From Rhizophagus irregularis (Eukaryota): a DNA stretch of 64,000 nt. Position 1 is the first letter of the stretch, and each line of letters opens with the position of its first letter. The notes under the pieces are model-generated. The model saw nothing but the letters and a program-made list of their open reading frames with translations, did not search any database and had not been told where the DNA came from. The stretch is taken from assembly GCF_026210795.1 (NCBI RefSeq), contig NC_089432.1, positions 4,154,001-4,218,000 of the forward strand, in the 5' to 3' direction. Positions 28,060-39,449 of this stretch are shown in pieces. The position numbers and the translations under genes were made by a program.

Positions 28060-29297
28060 CAAATTAATTGGTATAGCATAATAGAGAGAAAATTCTTTGT
28101 ATTTTTTTTTTTAGTAAAAATAAATGAGTATAGTAGAATAGATAGGTATAAATGATTTTTTGGAATCTTTTCTTAATAATAAAGACAAGATATGAATGGC
28201 AAGCGTACAAAAAAATCCCCGAAGTGTATTTAGATAAAAAGACTACGTAGTTACAAAAGCTTTCAATACAAAATTTGGCGGTCATTTTTCAAAAATAATC
28301 AAAATAAACAAAATTAAATATATTTTGATATATTTTAACAATGAAAATGATTTGTTAAATTCAATATATAAGTCTAATATGGAGGATGATTTAGGAAAAG
28401 GTCTTAAGTTGAAAAGTCAAGATGAATTAATCGGAGACAATGGGACGTACAAAAACGTTTCGGTATTAACAGATTTAAAATCCCTCAACAAACAAAGAAG
28501 GACCAATTTGTTGACGCAAAATTTCAACGATTCCAAGGACCCAAGAAGAACATGAAGAATTAGATACACTAAATATAATTTTAAAGAACGACTAGAAGAA
28601 ATGGAGAAAGAATCAAGCACGTCGCATACGAAAGGAAAGCAGAAAGTAACAGATATTTCGGACGATGATGAAGAAAAGACTAATAACAACAAAAAGCGTG
28701 TAGTACGAAAGCAGGGAGAAAGGGAAAATTCTGATAACGAATAAACAAATTATCCCAAAAATTTTTTAACAAAATTTAAAAATTTTATTAGAAACGACGA
28801 TACTGGAATTTGATCGAGTGGTTTCTTTTGTAACAATGAGAGTTTTGTGTACATAATTACTTGGTATTTTCCGCGAAAGTGTAGTTTAGTTTTCTTTTAA
28901 TTTTTTTCTTTAAAAAATTTTTGGCTTTATTTGAACGCTTTTAACTTTTATTATTTAGTTAGGTTTTTATTATTATTTTCTTCACAATTAGTTTAGAACG
29001 ATTTAGAAAACAGTAAAGCCTCAAAACATAAAAAATAGCAAAAATCCAAAAACATCGTAAAATTATTAGAATAGTAACGTAGTATAAAACAAAAAATAAT
29101 TTTTAATCAAACACAATGTAATAGTTAGATTTTAAATTAGAAATTAGTATATAGTTAAAACTCAGTTATAGGGTTTAGAAAGTCTTTGAACTTTCTTTGC
29201 TCTATTGCTCTAGGTGCTTATATTTGTTAATTTTTGATCTTTTTTTAGATCATATATTATTAATAAAGCGCGTTACTGTTTAAAAAAAAAAAAAAAA
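28060..29297 (+). mobile_element. Poly(A)-tailed non-LTR retroelement remnant
   Basis: Broken K/E/D-rich ORF at 28325-28740, T-rich 3' region, then AATAAAgcgcgttactgttt and an A-run of about 16; the 3' end resembles that at 48271-48310. 5' boundary uncertain. Confidence 0.55.
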
Positions 29298-29563
29298 GTT
29301 ATAAATAACATTTCAAAATCGAAGTTTTGTCAGTATAGTTAGTATCGTTAACTTTGGAAAATTTCAAAGATTTATTAAATAAAATCTTGCTCTAACTCTA
29401 AAAATTTATTATTCACGCCACAAAATCATTTAATGATAAGTTAACCAAAATTATTTGTCATATTTGAGTAACGGAAATTTTCGAATTTAGAACTTGAAAA
29501 TTTTTAATTTCAGTTATTGTAAGAAATTGGAAGAAAACCTTCAGAGATTTTTTCAAAAAATAA

Positions 29564-31707
29564 GTATTAGTTATATCCTGGCTAATTAGGAATAAGTAAA
29601 ATTTTACTAGGATCGGATAAATGATCAGCCGATAGGCTGATCATGTTCCGATTCTAAAGTAAAATTTTACTATTCCAATTAGCCAGGATATAATTGATTT
29701 ATCCCCTGCCATTTACACAATATTAAAAATTTGTTTTATTGTAGTATATCACGTGTTAATCAGTAATTATAAAATATAGTTTATTGTTGCATCCTAATTT
29801 CTTTCACCCGCTATTTTTATTTTTCCATTTTAAAAAATGAGTCAAAATTTTAAAAAAGCTTCAGAACTATTACACTCAAAAAATAATATTGACGTTACAG
29901 ATAAATTAAAAGAAAATTTTACTCATTTGCAGAATGTAAATATTTCTAATATACACGAAATTTCAAAGCCATCTATTCCCAAAGAATCATATGAACGTCC
30001 TCTTTAAAAACTCTACAAAGATATGTCACTAAAGCAAAACCTGAAAATACCAAGAAAAATACTAGATTATGGTTCTCCAGATTTGAGGAATTTGTGAATG
30101 ACACACAACCAGATATTGATTTATTAACTCTTTATGATAAGAAGGTTATTGCAATGTTGTTATGCGAATTTATTGTAATTATTAAAACAAGAGAAAAAAA
30201 GGATTATAAAGCAAATTCTCTATACAATGGAATTTGTGCCATAAATAGATGTTACCAAGAATTGTTTAAAGATAAAGAGCCATTTAACATATATACATGA
30301 AGACTTTGAATTTGGGGCAGTTCGTGATACATTACATACTAGAATTATTGAGCTTGAAGATATTAACAATGGTAAATATAATGGTGCTGATGCTCTTACA
30401 GATGATGAAATGGTCAAGATCTTTGAGCATCCTAACATGTCAAATGAAACGCCAGATGGATTACTTAAAAGAGTTTTTCTATGGGTAGGATGTTGTACAG
30501 CGCAAAGAGGAGGGTCGTATTATAATCTTATGGCTGAACATTTTAAGGAACGTGATGATGGAGGCTTTGATATTATTATGATTCATGATAAAACCCATCA
30601 GGGGGGCTATTATCATCGACCAACCTCTAATCAAACACCTACACATATTATTCCTCCAGATGAATCTAAAGAATGTGGCGCATGTTATGATATTAAAAAA
30701 TATCTTAATTTACGACCAAAAAATGCTGAAAAAAATTTTTTCTTCATGTTAATAAAGATCCTGAAGGTAATATTATTTTTATTGAGATATGTTATTAATG
30801 TAATTAATTTTTAATTGCTTATTAATCTATACTATTAGATATTAAACTGGGAAAGTGGTATTCTTCACAGCATATGGGTCGAGATAAACTATCCAGAATG
30901 CTAAAAGAAATTTGCACCATTACTAGTATTGATTGTACAAATAGAAGAGTCGTAAATCATTCCTTACGAAAACGTACTGCCCAAAAATTAAATGATGAAG
31001 GGTTGGATCTTCAGGCTATTATGAATGTAACATTGCATAAATCTTTAGCAGGGTTAAATTCGTAAGTATCTTATTTTTCCAATTCATAATAATTTTTTAT
31101 TTATAATCACACTGTATTTTTAGGTATTGTTCACAAAATGAAATTCAAAAATTAGAAGTTGCGAAACTAACACTTCCAGGCGTACACAAGGTATTTTTCT
31201 TTTTCTAATATATTTATAATTTCTTTTTTAATTTACATAATATTTATTATATTAATAGGATACAGAAAAGGTTAGCGACAATATTGCAAGGTATGTGCAC
31301 GAAGACAGTGATGAAGAAAATATAAATAAAGTTGACTCTAATAATGAATTTCACTCATCTTCAGGAAAAACACTCTCTGAAATTCAAAATATTTCAATTC
31401 CTCTGAAACGTAAAGATAAAAACTTAGAATTGGCTGAAAATTTTAAGCTTAAATTCATTAAATGTGCTAATATTACCATTAATATTACAAAAGAATAATT
31501 TTTATTATAATTTGTTATTTTAATAAATAACTTGTTATTGTAGCATAAATAATAGTATAATCAATAGTATAATCAATAGTATAAAATAGTAGCTAATTTT
31601 AGTGCAAAATCTCCTAGGAACGGATAAATAAATACATATAAAATTTGCTACCCAGTAGGTATAACTATATTTGCATAAACGTGTAAATGGTGTCAATCAG
31701 GGGATAA
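29564..31707 (+). mobile_element. Crypton-type tyrosine-recombinase DNA transposon, about 2.14 kb
   Basis: Boundaries fixed by the empty site in F-box paralogs; only ATAA is shared at both junctions; terminal motifs TTATATCCTG (29571) and CAGGGGATAA (31698); encodes a tyrosine recombinase. Confidence 0.88.
29837..31498 (+). pseudogene. Crypton tyrosine recombinase (DUF3504-like), intron-containing, about 3 frameshifts
   Basis: NTKKNT..W, DYKANSL and the catalytic set AQRGG (R), DKTHQGG (K), NHSLR (HxxR), LHKS (H), GLNS|Y (Tyr just after intron 31062-31122); frameshifts near 30000, 30295 and 30740. Confidence 0.85.
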
Positions 31708-32050
31708 CATTTATTACATTTATATTAAATTCAAATTATATTTTAAAATATTCTAAAATGTAAAATTTATTATGATAACTTGGAATATTCTTATTTTCAT
31801 ATTATAAAAACCCATTTTAAAAGATTTCAATTATGTTGTTGGAATGATTGTGGTAGAGAACATTTATTCAATTTTATTTAACATTATAACAAATAAAAAA
31901 TTTGACTTTTATCAAGAAATTGTATATCTTCTAGTAGTATTCTGAAAATAATTATGTGGTTTAATACCTTTAATATATTCAATATTGTTGTTATAATTTA
32001 TAGTAATTTTTTTTTTCAAAATTTCTTGATGACGTCATTTAGTCATTATA

Positions 32051-32296
32051 AAGTACCCTAGCCATGGCAAAAAAGTTGCAGTCACGTGACATTTGGCCCG
32101 CATTACGGAGTTATGCACTAACATGTGAAAATAAACAGTGACGAATAAGGGTGTGACGAATAAGTTTTACTTACTCGAAAAAAACTAAGTCCCTCAGATA
32201 AATATAAAAAGTGGAAACGCGGTAGGGTGTGACGGTTGTGATGAAAAAAATGCAGTCACGTGACTGCAACTTTTTTTTGCCATGACTGGGGTTCTG
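32051..32296. mobile_element. Mutator-like MITE in a kinase promoter
   Basis: About 40-bp TIR ..CATGGCAAAAAAGTTGCAGTCACGTGAC; 9-bp TSD GTCATTATA at 32042-50 and 32297-305; empty site at 23119-23130. Confidence 0.85.
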
Positions 32297-32523
32297 GTCA
32301 TTATATGAGGAAAATTGCTGCGTACTGCGGTACCAAGGCGGGATTGACCTTTTTGTTTGGTAGCACCGTAGCAGGTAATACTAAATCACGCTGTACGCCT
32401 GTACGACTATCATCGGAGGAAAAAAAATATAAAATAGGCATACAAAATAAAACTTTACTTTTTGTAACTTCATCGTTAACTTATCATTATTCAATACGTT
32501 CAATAACGTTTGATAATATCAAA

Positions 32524-34755
32524 ATGCAAGATACCGAGTATACAAATGAATGGGTCAATTGGATTGAGGAAGCTGTTAATAAAGAATATTTTAAATTTTA
32601 TGAATACCAGCAATTTGATAATATTCAACATATTGGTACCGGAGGTTTCGGAAAAGTATATCGTGCAAATTGGAGAAATTCAGAAAAACAATTTGCGTTA
32701 AAATCTTTTTTTAATCTTGATAACATTACCGTGAAAGAAATCGTTCGTGAGGTAATTATAATTTTTTTTCGTTTATGATTATATTTATTTAATAAACTTA
32801 TTTTTAAATATTTGAATTTTATTTTAGTTAAAAATTCAACGAGAAATTGATTTTCATGATAACATTATCCGTTGCTATGGAATAACAAAACTTGAGTCAG
32901 GTAAAGTTGCCTTTATAAAAATAATATTCTTGTTAATCGCAAATTCAAAGAAATGCATTTTAATGATTATTTTTTTTATTTATTAGATAATCATAATGAT
33001 TATTGGTTAGTAATGGAATATGCCGACGGTGGTAGCCTTCGAAGTTATTTGAAGAAAAACTTTAACAAACTTACTTGGGACGACAAATATAACATGGCTT
33101 ACCAGTTATCTTGTGCCATATCATGTTTACATAACGAAGGAATAGTGCATCGTGACTTGGTAATTTATTTAACATTATTCGATCATTGATAATAATATAT
33201 TTATATTACTCATTTGAATATTTCTTTAATAGCACTCCCGTAATATACTTGTCCGTAATAACATAATCAAATTAGCAGATTTCGGATTATCCAAAAGAAT
33301 TGAAGCATCATCCAATTTTCAATCTAAATTATTCGGAATGGTTCCTTACGTCGATCCAAAAAGTTTTAGTAGTCGAAAAAATAATAACCAATCAATACAA
33401 ATGTACTCATTAAATGAAAAAAGTGACATTTATAGTTTGGGCGTATTACTATGGGAGATATCCAGTGGGCAGCCTCCTTTTTATGTTGAAGGTGAACAAT
33501 GTGACATTAGTTTAGCTTTAGATATTTCACAAGGTCATAGAGAAACTGTTGTTCCTGATACACCTGATGAATATGCTAAAATTTATACCAGTGAGTAATA
33601 ATTTTATATTTTAAAATTTTTATAATTTGAATATTATTAATTATAAAATTATGTTTGTTTTTAGAATGTTGGGATGGGGAATCAGATAATCGTCCAACAA
33701 TATATCAAGTAGTTGATTGGCTAAATTCCATAATTACAAAAACGGATGTAATAGTAGAAAATCATCAAATATCAAATGAACAAGAACTTAATGAAGATTT
33801 AACTCAACTTATTCAAAATTTTGATAAAATAAACATAAAAGAAATTGATCCTATGGTAATATTAAGTAAACAAAAAAATTTTCCAATCGAAGATTTTAAC
33901 TTTATAGTTGATGAAATTTATGATTTAATTTATAAATTAAATAATAAAGGACTTGAATGGAAATTAGATAAGCAGAAAATTATTGAATATTTTGATGATC
34001 ATGACATAAATTCACAAGAATTTTGTAGTTGGTTATTAGATAATCAAAATAGTTCCAATTCTATTTTTATTCTTGGATATTTTAATTATTATGGAATTAT
34101 AATAAGTAAAAACAATGAGAGAGCATTTAATTTATATATTAATGCATTAGAAAAAAATCATATATTAGCAGAGTATTTTGTTGGTGTATGTTATTTTTAT
34201 GGAAATGGAACTATAAAAAATGACAAATTAGCTTTTGAATATTATGAAAAAGTAGTTGATAAAAATTTTACACCTGGACAAGTAAGCATTGGTTATTGTT
34301 ATGAAAAAGGAATAGGTGTTGAAAAGGATTTAAAAAAGGCTTTTTATTGGTATGAAGTAGCTGCAAATAATGGAAGCCTAATGGCAATATATAATCTTGG
34401 TAATTGTTATAGAAATGAGATTGGTATTGAAAAAGACTATAATAAATCTTTTAAATTGTTTAAGCAATCAGCTGAAGGAGGATATTCAGGAGGAATAATG
34501 ATGTTAGGATATTGTTATAATAATGGTATTGGAACTAAAATTGATAATCAAAAAGCATTTGAATTATATCAAAATGCTGCAAATTTAGGACATAATGTAG
34601 CACAAAATAATCTTGCAGTAATGTATGAAATGGGAGATGGAATTGCAAAAGATATAGATAAAGCAATATATTGGTATAAAAAATCCGCTAAACAAGGATA
34701 TGAGTTGGCAAAGAATAATTTAGATAAGCTTCAGAAAAAAATCAATAATTTATAA
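32524..34755 (+). CDS. TKL-type kinase-Sel1-repeat protein (5 exons)
   Basis: Close paralog of 23351-25616 and 3085-5274; intact motifs and splice sites; 366-aa terminal ORF with about 6 Sel1 repeats. Confidence 0.92.
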
Positions 34756-35999
34756 TTTAATTATTAAATTAAAACATCGAATATTTATTTATAGTGTTTA
34801 TTTTTTCCAAGATTTACAAGATAGTAAATACACTGCTTTAAAATATAAAATAAATAAATTGTTATAATTTTATAATTTTATTATATATTTTATGTGATCA
34901 TCAGTTGATATAATTTTCTTTTATGCTTAAAGCCTTAAACATATTTTATGTATACCATAATATCTTTCATTTTAAATAAAAATGTCTTCCAAATATAAAA
35001 AACTTAAAAGTATAAATTTCTCAAGTAAATTAATTATTTAATTAAAAGTTTTAACTTTAATTGCAACTATTCTTATTACTAACAATTATAAACTAAAAAT
35101 GTAATGATTACTGAATTTTAATTGAATAACATTTCATCTCATGTCTTAAATTCATTTGTTAAAAAAAATTTTTCATTAAAATTTTTTTATTTTTTGTTTT
35201 AATTAATTAATTAACTATAAATAAAACCCAAGTTCACCAGGTGGGAGGGTGGGGCGCTACTCTATTCAATAATGATTAATGATTAATGATTATTTAAATT
35301 TCACCCAAAGTATTTCCTTAACCGTATGGTAGATCATGACCCAAAAAGGGTATTTATTGCAAGTGTTTTGAAACTCTGTATGGGAACTTCACGGTGTACG
35401 TATATAAAAATAAATAACTATTACTTTATTTTTTACTTTATACTTAAAAATAATAACCTTTGCGTTACAAGGTACAAATAAATAAAATAGGGAAAATGGA
35501 GAACTTGTTTTCTATCATACGATAAATAGTTACTTGTTATATTTAATATAATACAAATAATTTTTTTTTATATTTCATAATATTCTTTAGCATGAGTATT
35601 AAAGGATGTATTATAAAAAAATTAATTTATGTCAACGCTTTTTGGTGGAAGAAAATAATAGTTGTCTTATTTTAATATTTAATTACAAATAAAGGAATAA
35701 TTTGCAACATTCATTTCGTAAAATAAATAAATTTGCGATCAAATTTTCAAATTTTTTTTAATCTATGCAATTTACGAAATACGGACGTTTAAGAAAAATA
35801 TAATGATGTATATATTTCTGAAATTAGACAAACATCAATTACAAATTATATATTGTAAAACAAACGTAAATATTCATTATGTAACAAATTAAGTTTCGCA
35901 TCAGAATAATGATTATGTAATTCTATTTAGTTTGTCTTTCAAAAAATTCTCATCCTTTTTTTTTAAAAAAAAAATCATCTCAATCTTTTTATAATAAAG

Positions 36000-37091
36000 A
36001 TGATTATTCCAATTCGTTGTTTTACTTGTGGAAAAGTATTAGCTAATAAATGGAATCATTATCAAACTATGTTAGAAAGCGAATATTCTGAAAGGTATTT
36101 TTTTTAAAATTGATTTGATTTTCACACAAATCATTTTTAAATTAATATTATTTCTTTTTATCAAATGTAAAAAAGTGATGCATTAGAAGCTCTTGGAATA
36201 ACAAGATATTGTTGTCGTCGTATGCTCATATCTCACGTTGATTTTATTCAAAAAATTTTAACGTTTGCTCGTATGTTAAAATTTATTTATACCATATATC
36301 TTATTGTCCGGTCCGAAGCGATGGACACTATGAAAAAAAAAATCGATCACGTGAATTTCTCTGTCCGCCACGTGAACGTTACCCAATGAAATCTTCCCGT
36401 TTCCTAGTTAATAATTCTTGTTCTAATCGATGATATAATATTATTTCATTTTTTTTTACTGTTAAATAGCACAAGTATCAACAGGAATTAGTATTGAATA
36501 TTCAGGGCCTTCTATTTTTAGAAACATCTATAATGAATCGTCTACATCACTTTCACCTTTTAATTCTCCACGATATGAACCTGAAAGTTCTCGTTCCTCT
36601 GATGAGAATCTTTCTAACAGGACTTATAGAATCACATCAGGAAACCTTCTTGATAATGGTTCTCCCAGATATGTTCCAGATGAAAGTTCACCAAGATATT
36701 CCCAAAATGATGATTCTTCTCCCAGATATGTTTCAGGTGAAAGTTCACCAAGATATTTCCAAAACGATGATTCTTATCTAAACTCTGGCCAAATTAATCC
36801 CGTATATGGACTTAATTCGGATGATCATTCTCTTAGGTATGCATCGTCTCCCAATTCTGGTTCTCCATCTTATCAATTTTGAATCAATTATTTTACGATG
36901 CTTCTTCTATATATGAACCATTTCCCAGTTCTTTGAGACAAGAGCCGAGACAAGTAATTCCTGATTCTCCAACCTATCAATCTGCTTCAATTGGAGAATA
37001 TGAACAAGAGAATGATTACCTCTCACAAAATTTACCTAAACAAGATCAAGCACATGGTGATGAATCTCCAAGATATTCTCCTGATTGTTAG
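36000..37091 (+). CDS. RPB10: RNA polymerase I/II/III subunit RPB10 (RPABC5) homolog with a long S/P/Y/D-rich C-terminal extension
   Basis: Exons 36000-36094, 36176-36270 and 36470 onward give [18 protein letters not shown]...[32 protein letters not shown] (CxxC...CC zinc site). Exon 3 is open to TGA at 36880-82; a similar SPxY-containing frame continues in -1 to 37091. Confidence 0.9.
36300..36407 (+). mobile_element. Helentron-like mini-element in RPB10 intron 2
   Basis: TGTCC..CGAAGCG..GGACA hairpin, CTGTCCGC and a CCCGTTTCCTAGTT end, matching the layout at 27116-27302; makes this intron about twice the local norm. Confidence 0.42.
36661..36774 (+). repeat. Two 57-bp tandem units encoding SPRYV(P/S)(D/G)ESSPRY(S/F)QNDDS
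   Basis: Direct comparison of 36661-36717 with 36718-36774. Confidence 0.9.
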
Positions 37092-38259
37092 AGTAATTTA
37101 ATATGTATGACATACTGTATCTATCTGATTTTGAAAATTTTGTGTTTCTATTATTATTTGCACAATTTGCACGTAATCTTATATTTCTTTAACTTGCGTG
37201 ACCATTTGTATTTTTTCCTGCTATAATAAAAATATATATATATAAATTTGCTAATGTTCATTAAAATCAAAAATAGAACAATAATTATTTAGACTTTTAT
37301 TTAAGGCTTCCATATCATTCAATTTGATTTTGAATTGTCAAATTAACCAAATAGCCGAAAATACTTTCAATTTGAACTTCAGTTAAAATCATTTATTAGT
37401 GAAAAAAAAAAAATTACAAGTTATACAAACTAATGAATAATTTACGTAAAAAAACTTACTCTATGGAATATTTCTTTGTACTTTACATTCCTCTATATAC
37501 CATTTCATTCTCTAAATTATTATTTTCAAGGTACTAATACAAAAAAAAGGTAACAACACATCAGGCGACATTATGTAATTCTGGTGCGTGGAATTAAAAT
37601 TAAACAAGCGATAATTATGATTATTTATCCTACGTTGCAAATCAGACGAAATCCACATTAATCGGATCATACAACGGTGTTTGTACGACAGATTAATTTC
37701 TTTTACAAAATATTTTTGAACACATACTTGTTATATTTGCCAAAATATAGCAACGGAAAAAAATGATTCACAATATAACAAAGAATTGAAATTAGATTTT
37801 TTGTAAAGGAAATGGGCGACTTGGATATTTAAGATAAAAAAAGGATTTTGTTTGATGGGTAAATTATTCGTAAAGATTAATGGTCGCAAATTCTTAAAGT
37901 GACCGAAGACAAGCAGGATGTTAAATTATTTAAGCTAACTTATACTGGTCACAAAATTCCATGCAGGTACTGTATAATCGAAGAAATGAAAACGTAAATA
38001 AAAAATGAGCAATTTTTGTTAAAAATATAATATTAAATATCAATTTTTTTTAAAAAAAATACTAACAAATTCATCTGGTTTAATATCAAAAATAAATAAA
38101 TAAATAGATTTTAGGAATAATGCGATGACGACAAGCAGGATTTCACTTTCTTGTCAACAAGGGACCAGCCGTACCACATACACAGTGAAATTCGATATAA
38201 CGGAACCATCCGTTCCAGTAAAAATATCCGGTATATCGACTATCGAGACTTCCGATATA

Positions 38260-38443
38260 CAGTCAAACCTTTATATAACGATATGTCGGGACATATATGA
38301 AATTTTTAGAAAATATCGTTATATCAAAGTTATACCGATATTTATATGTCCTCACATATAGTGGGAAAATAAAATTTTATCGGTATATCAAGTTTTTAAT
38401 AGTATATCGGTATATCGAATATCGGTATATCGAGGTTAGACTG
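38260..38443. mobile_element. Nested Tc1/mariner-type MITE
   Basis: TIR CAGTCAAACCTTTATATAACGATAT / ATATCGGTATATCGAGGTTAGACTG; TA TSD. Confidence 0.82.
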
Positions 38444-38493
38444 TATCAAAAAATTTCGATATACCGGATTTTATATATAAATCACATGAAATT

Positions 38494-38636
38494 GGTTACG
38501 GTACATTTTGCCGAAAGCCATTTCGCCGAAAGGACGTTTCGCCGAAAAATAGGGCCAACATTATGCAGAATTATAAATAACTCAGGCCAGAGATTATTTT
38601 TCGGCGAAATGGCTTTCGGCAAAATGTCCTGATACC
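38494..38636. mobile_element. Nested Mutator-like MITE
   Basis: TIR GG..ACATTTTGCCGAAAGCCATTTCGCCGAA; 9-bp TSD CATGAAATT at 38485-93 and 38637-45. Confidence 0.88.
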
Positions 38637-39449
38637 CATGAAATTCCGTTATATCAAGTTTTTATTTGTGCGACATATGCGACAAACATTGAAAACATTT
38701 AATATTGATAAATTTTATACACTGAAATTAACTAAAACTTAAAAAAATCATTTATTCTACCCTGTTTTTGCTTTTTCTTACTTCACTATTAGACATATTT
38801 TCAATAAAAAAGTTCGTGATTAAAGTGTAAAAAAAGATTTCGATTTCGTGTATTTATTTTTAGGGGTTCACATATATTAATATTTTCAAATAAACAACTT
38901 ATTTAGGAAATTCTATTTATATTACATCCTTATAAAGTGATGGAATTTTTCTGAATATATAGACTAGGAATGTTGAAAATATTGAAGAATCTTTATCTGA
39001 GTCTTCAAAGCTTGCGTATTCCACTAAAATTTCTAAAAGGTTATCACGCTGCTAATTTTATTGGTTTAAAATCATGGATCGTCACGTGTTCCGGTAAATC
39101 GAATCATTTTTATTATAACTGATTTGTTATTTGTTCCGTTATAGCCATTATCGAGATTTTACTAATAAATTTCATTATATCAAATTTATTTTAATATATG
39201 TGATTTTGTTCCGGAAAAAAGTTCCGGTATAAGGTCAGTTCCGGTTTATTGGGTTCCGTTATATCGAATTTCACTGTGTACTTGTAAAGAAAAAATTATC
39301 AACACCGTTCTTAAGAAGCTCTAGGAAATCATTGGTCCATTTATAAAAGTTTATGGTACAGCAGATAACGCGTTTGCATTCTTTATTTTATTTTTATTTT
39401 CATTTCAGAAAAATATATTATCAGTAACGATTAAATAATTTGATTCGGA

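Larger units (their letters stand above)
29300..31950 (+). pseudogene. 3' F-box/LRR relic split by the Crypton (about 29300-29563 and 31708-31950)
   Basis: Rejoining the halves gives TTTCAAAAAATAACATTTATTACATTTATATTAAAT, the same as the intact gene's minus strand at 5831-5866. Confidence 0.8.
38181..39278. mobile_element. Tc1/mariner (pogo-like) non-autonomous element
   Basis: Perfect 27-bp TIR CACAGTGAAATTCGATATAACGGAACC; TA on both sides. Confidence 0.88.

Noticed and set aside
36494..36781. 95-aa ORF in the track
   Set aside because: Wrong frame; splicing from RPB10 exon 2 uses the SPRY-encoding frame.
38125..38632. ORFs of 78 and 111 aa
   Set aside because: Lie across nested MITE inverted repeats.
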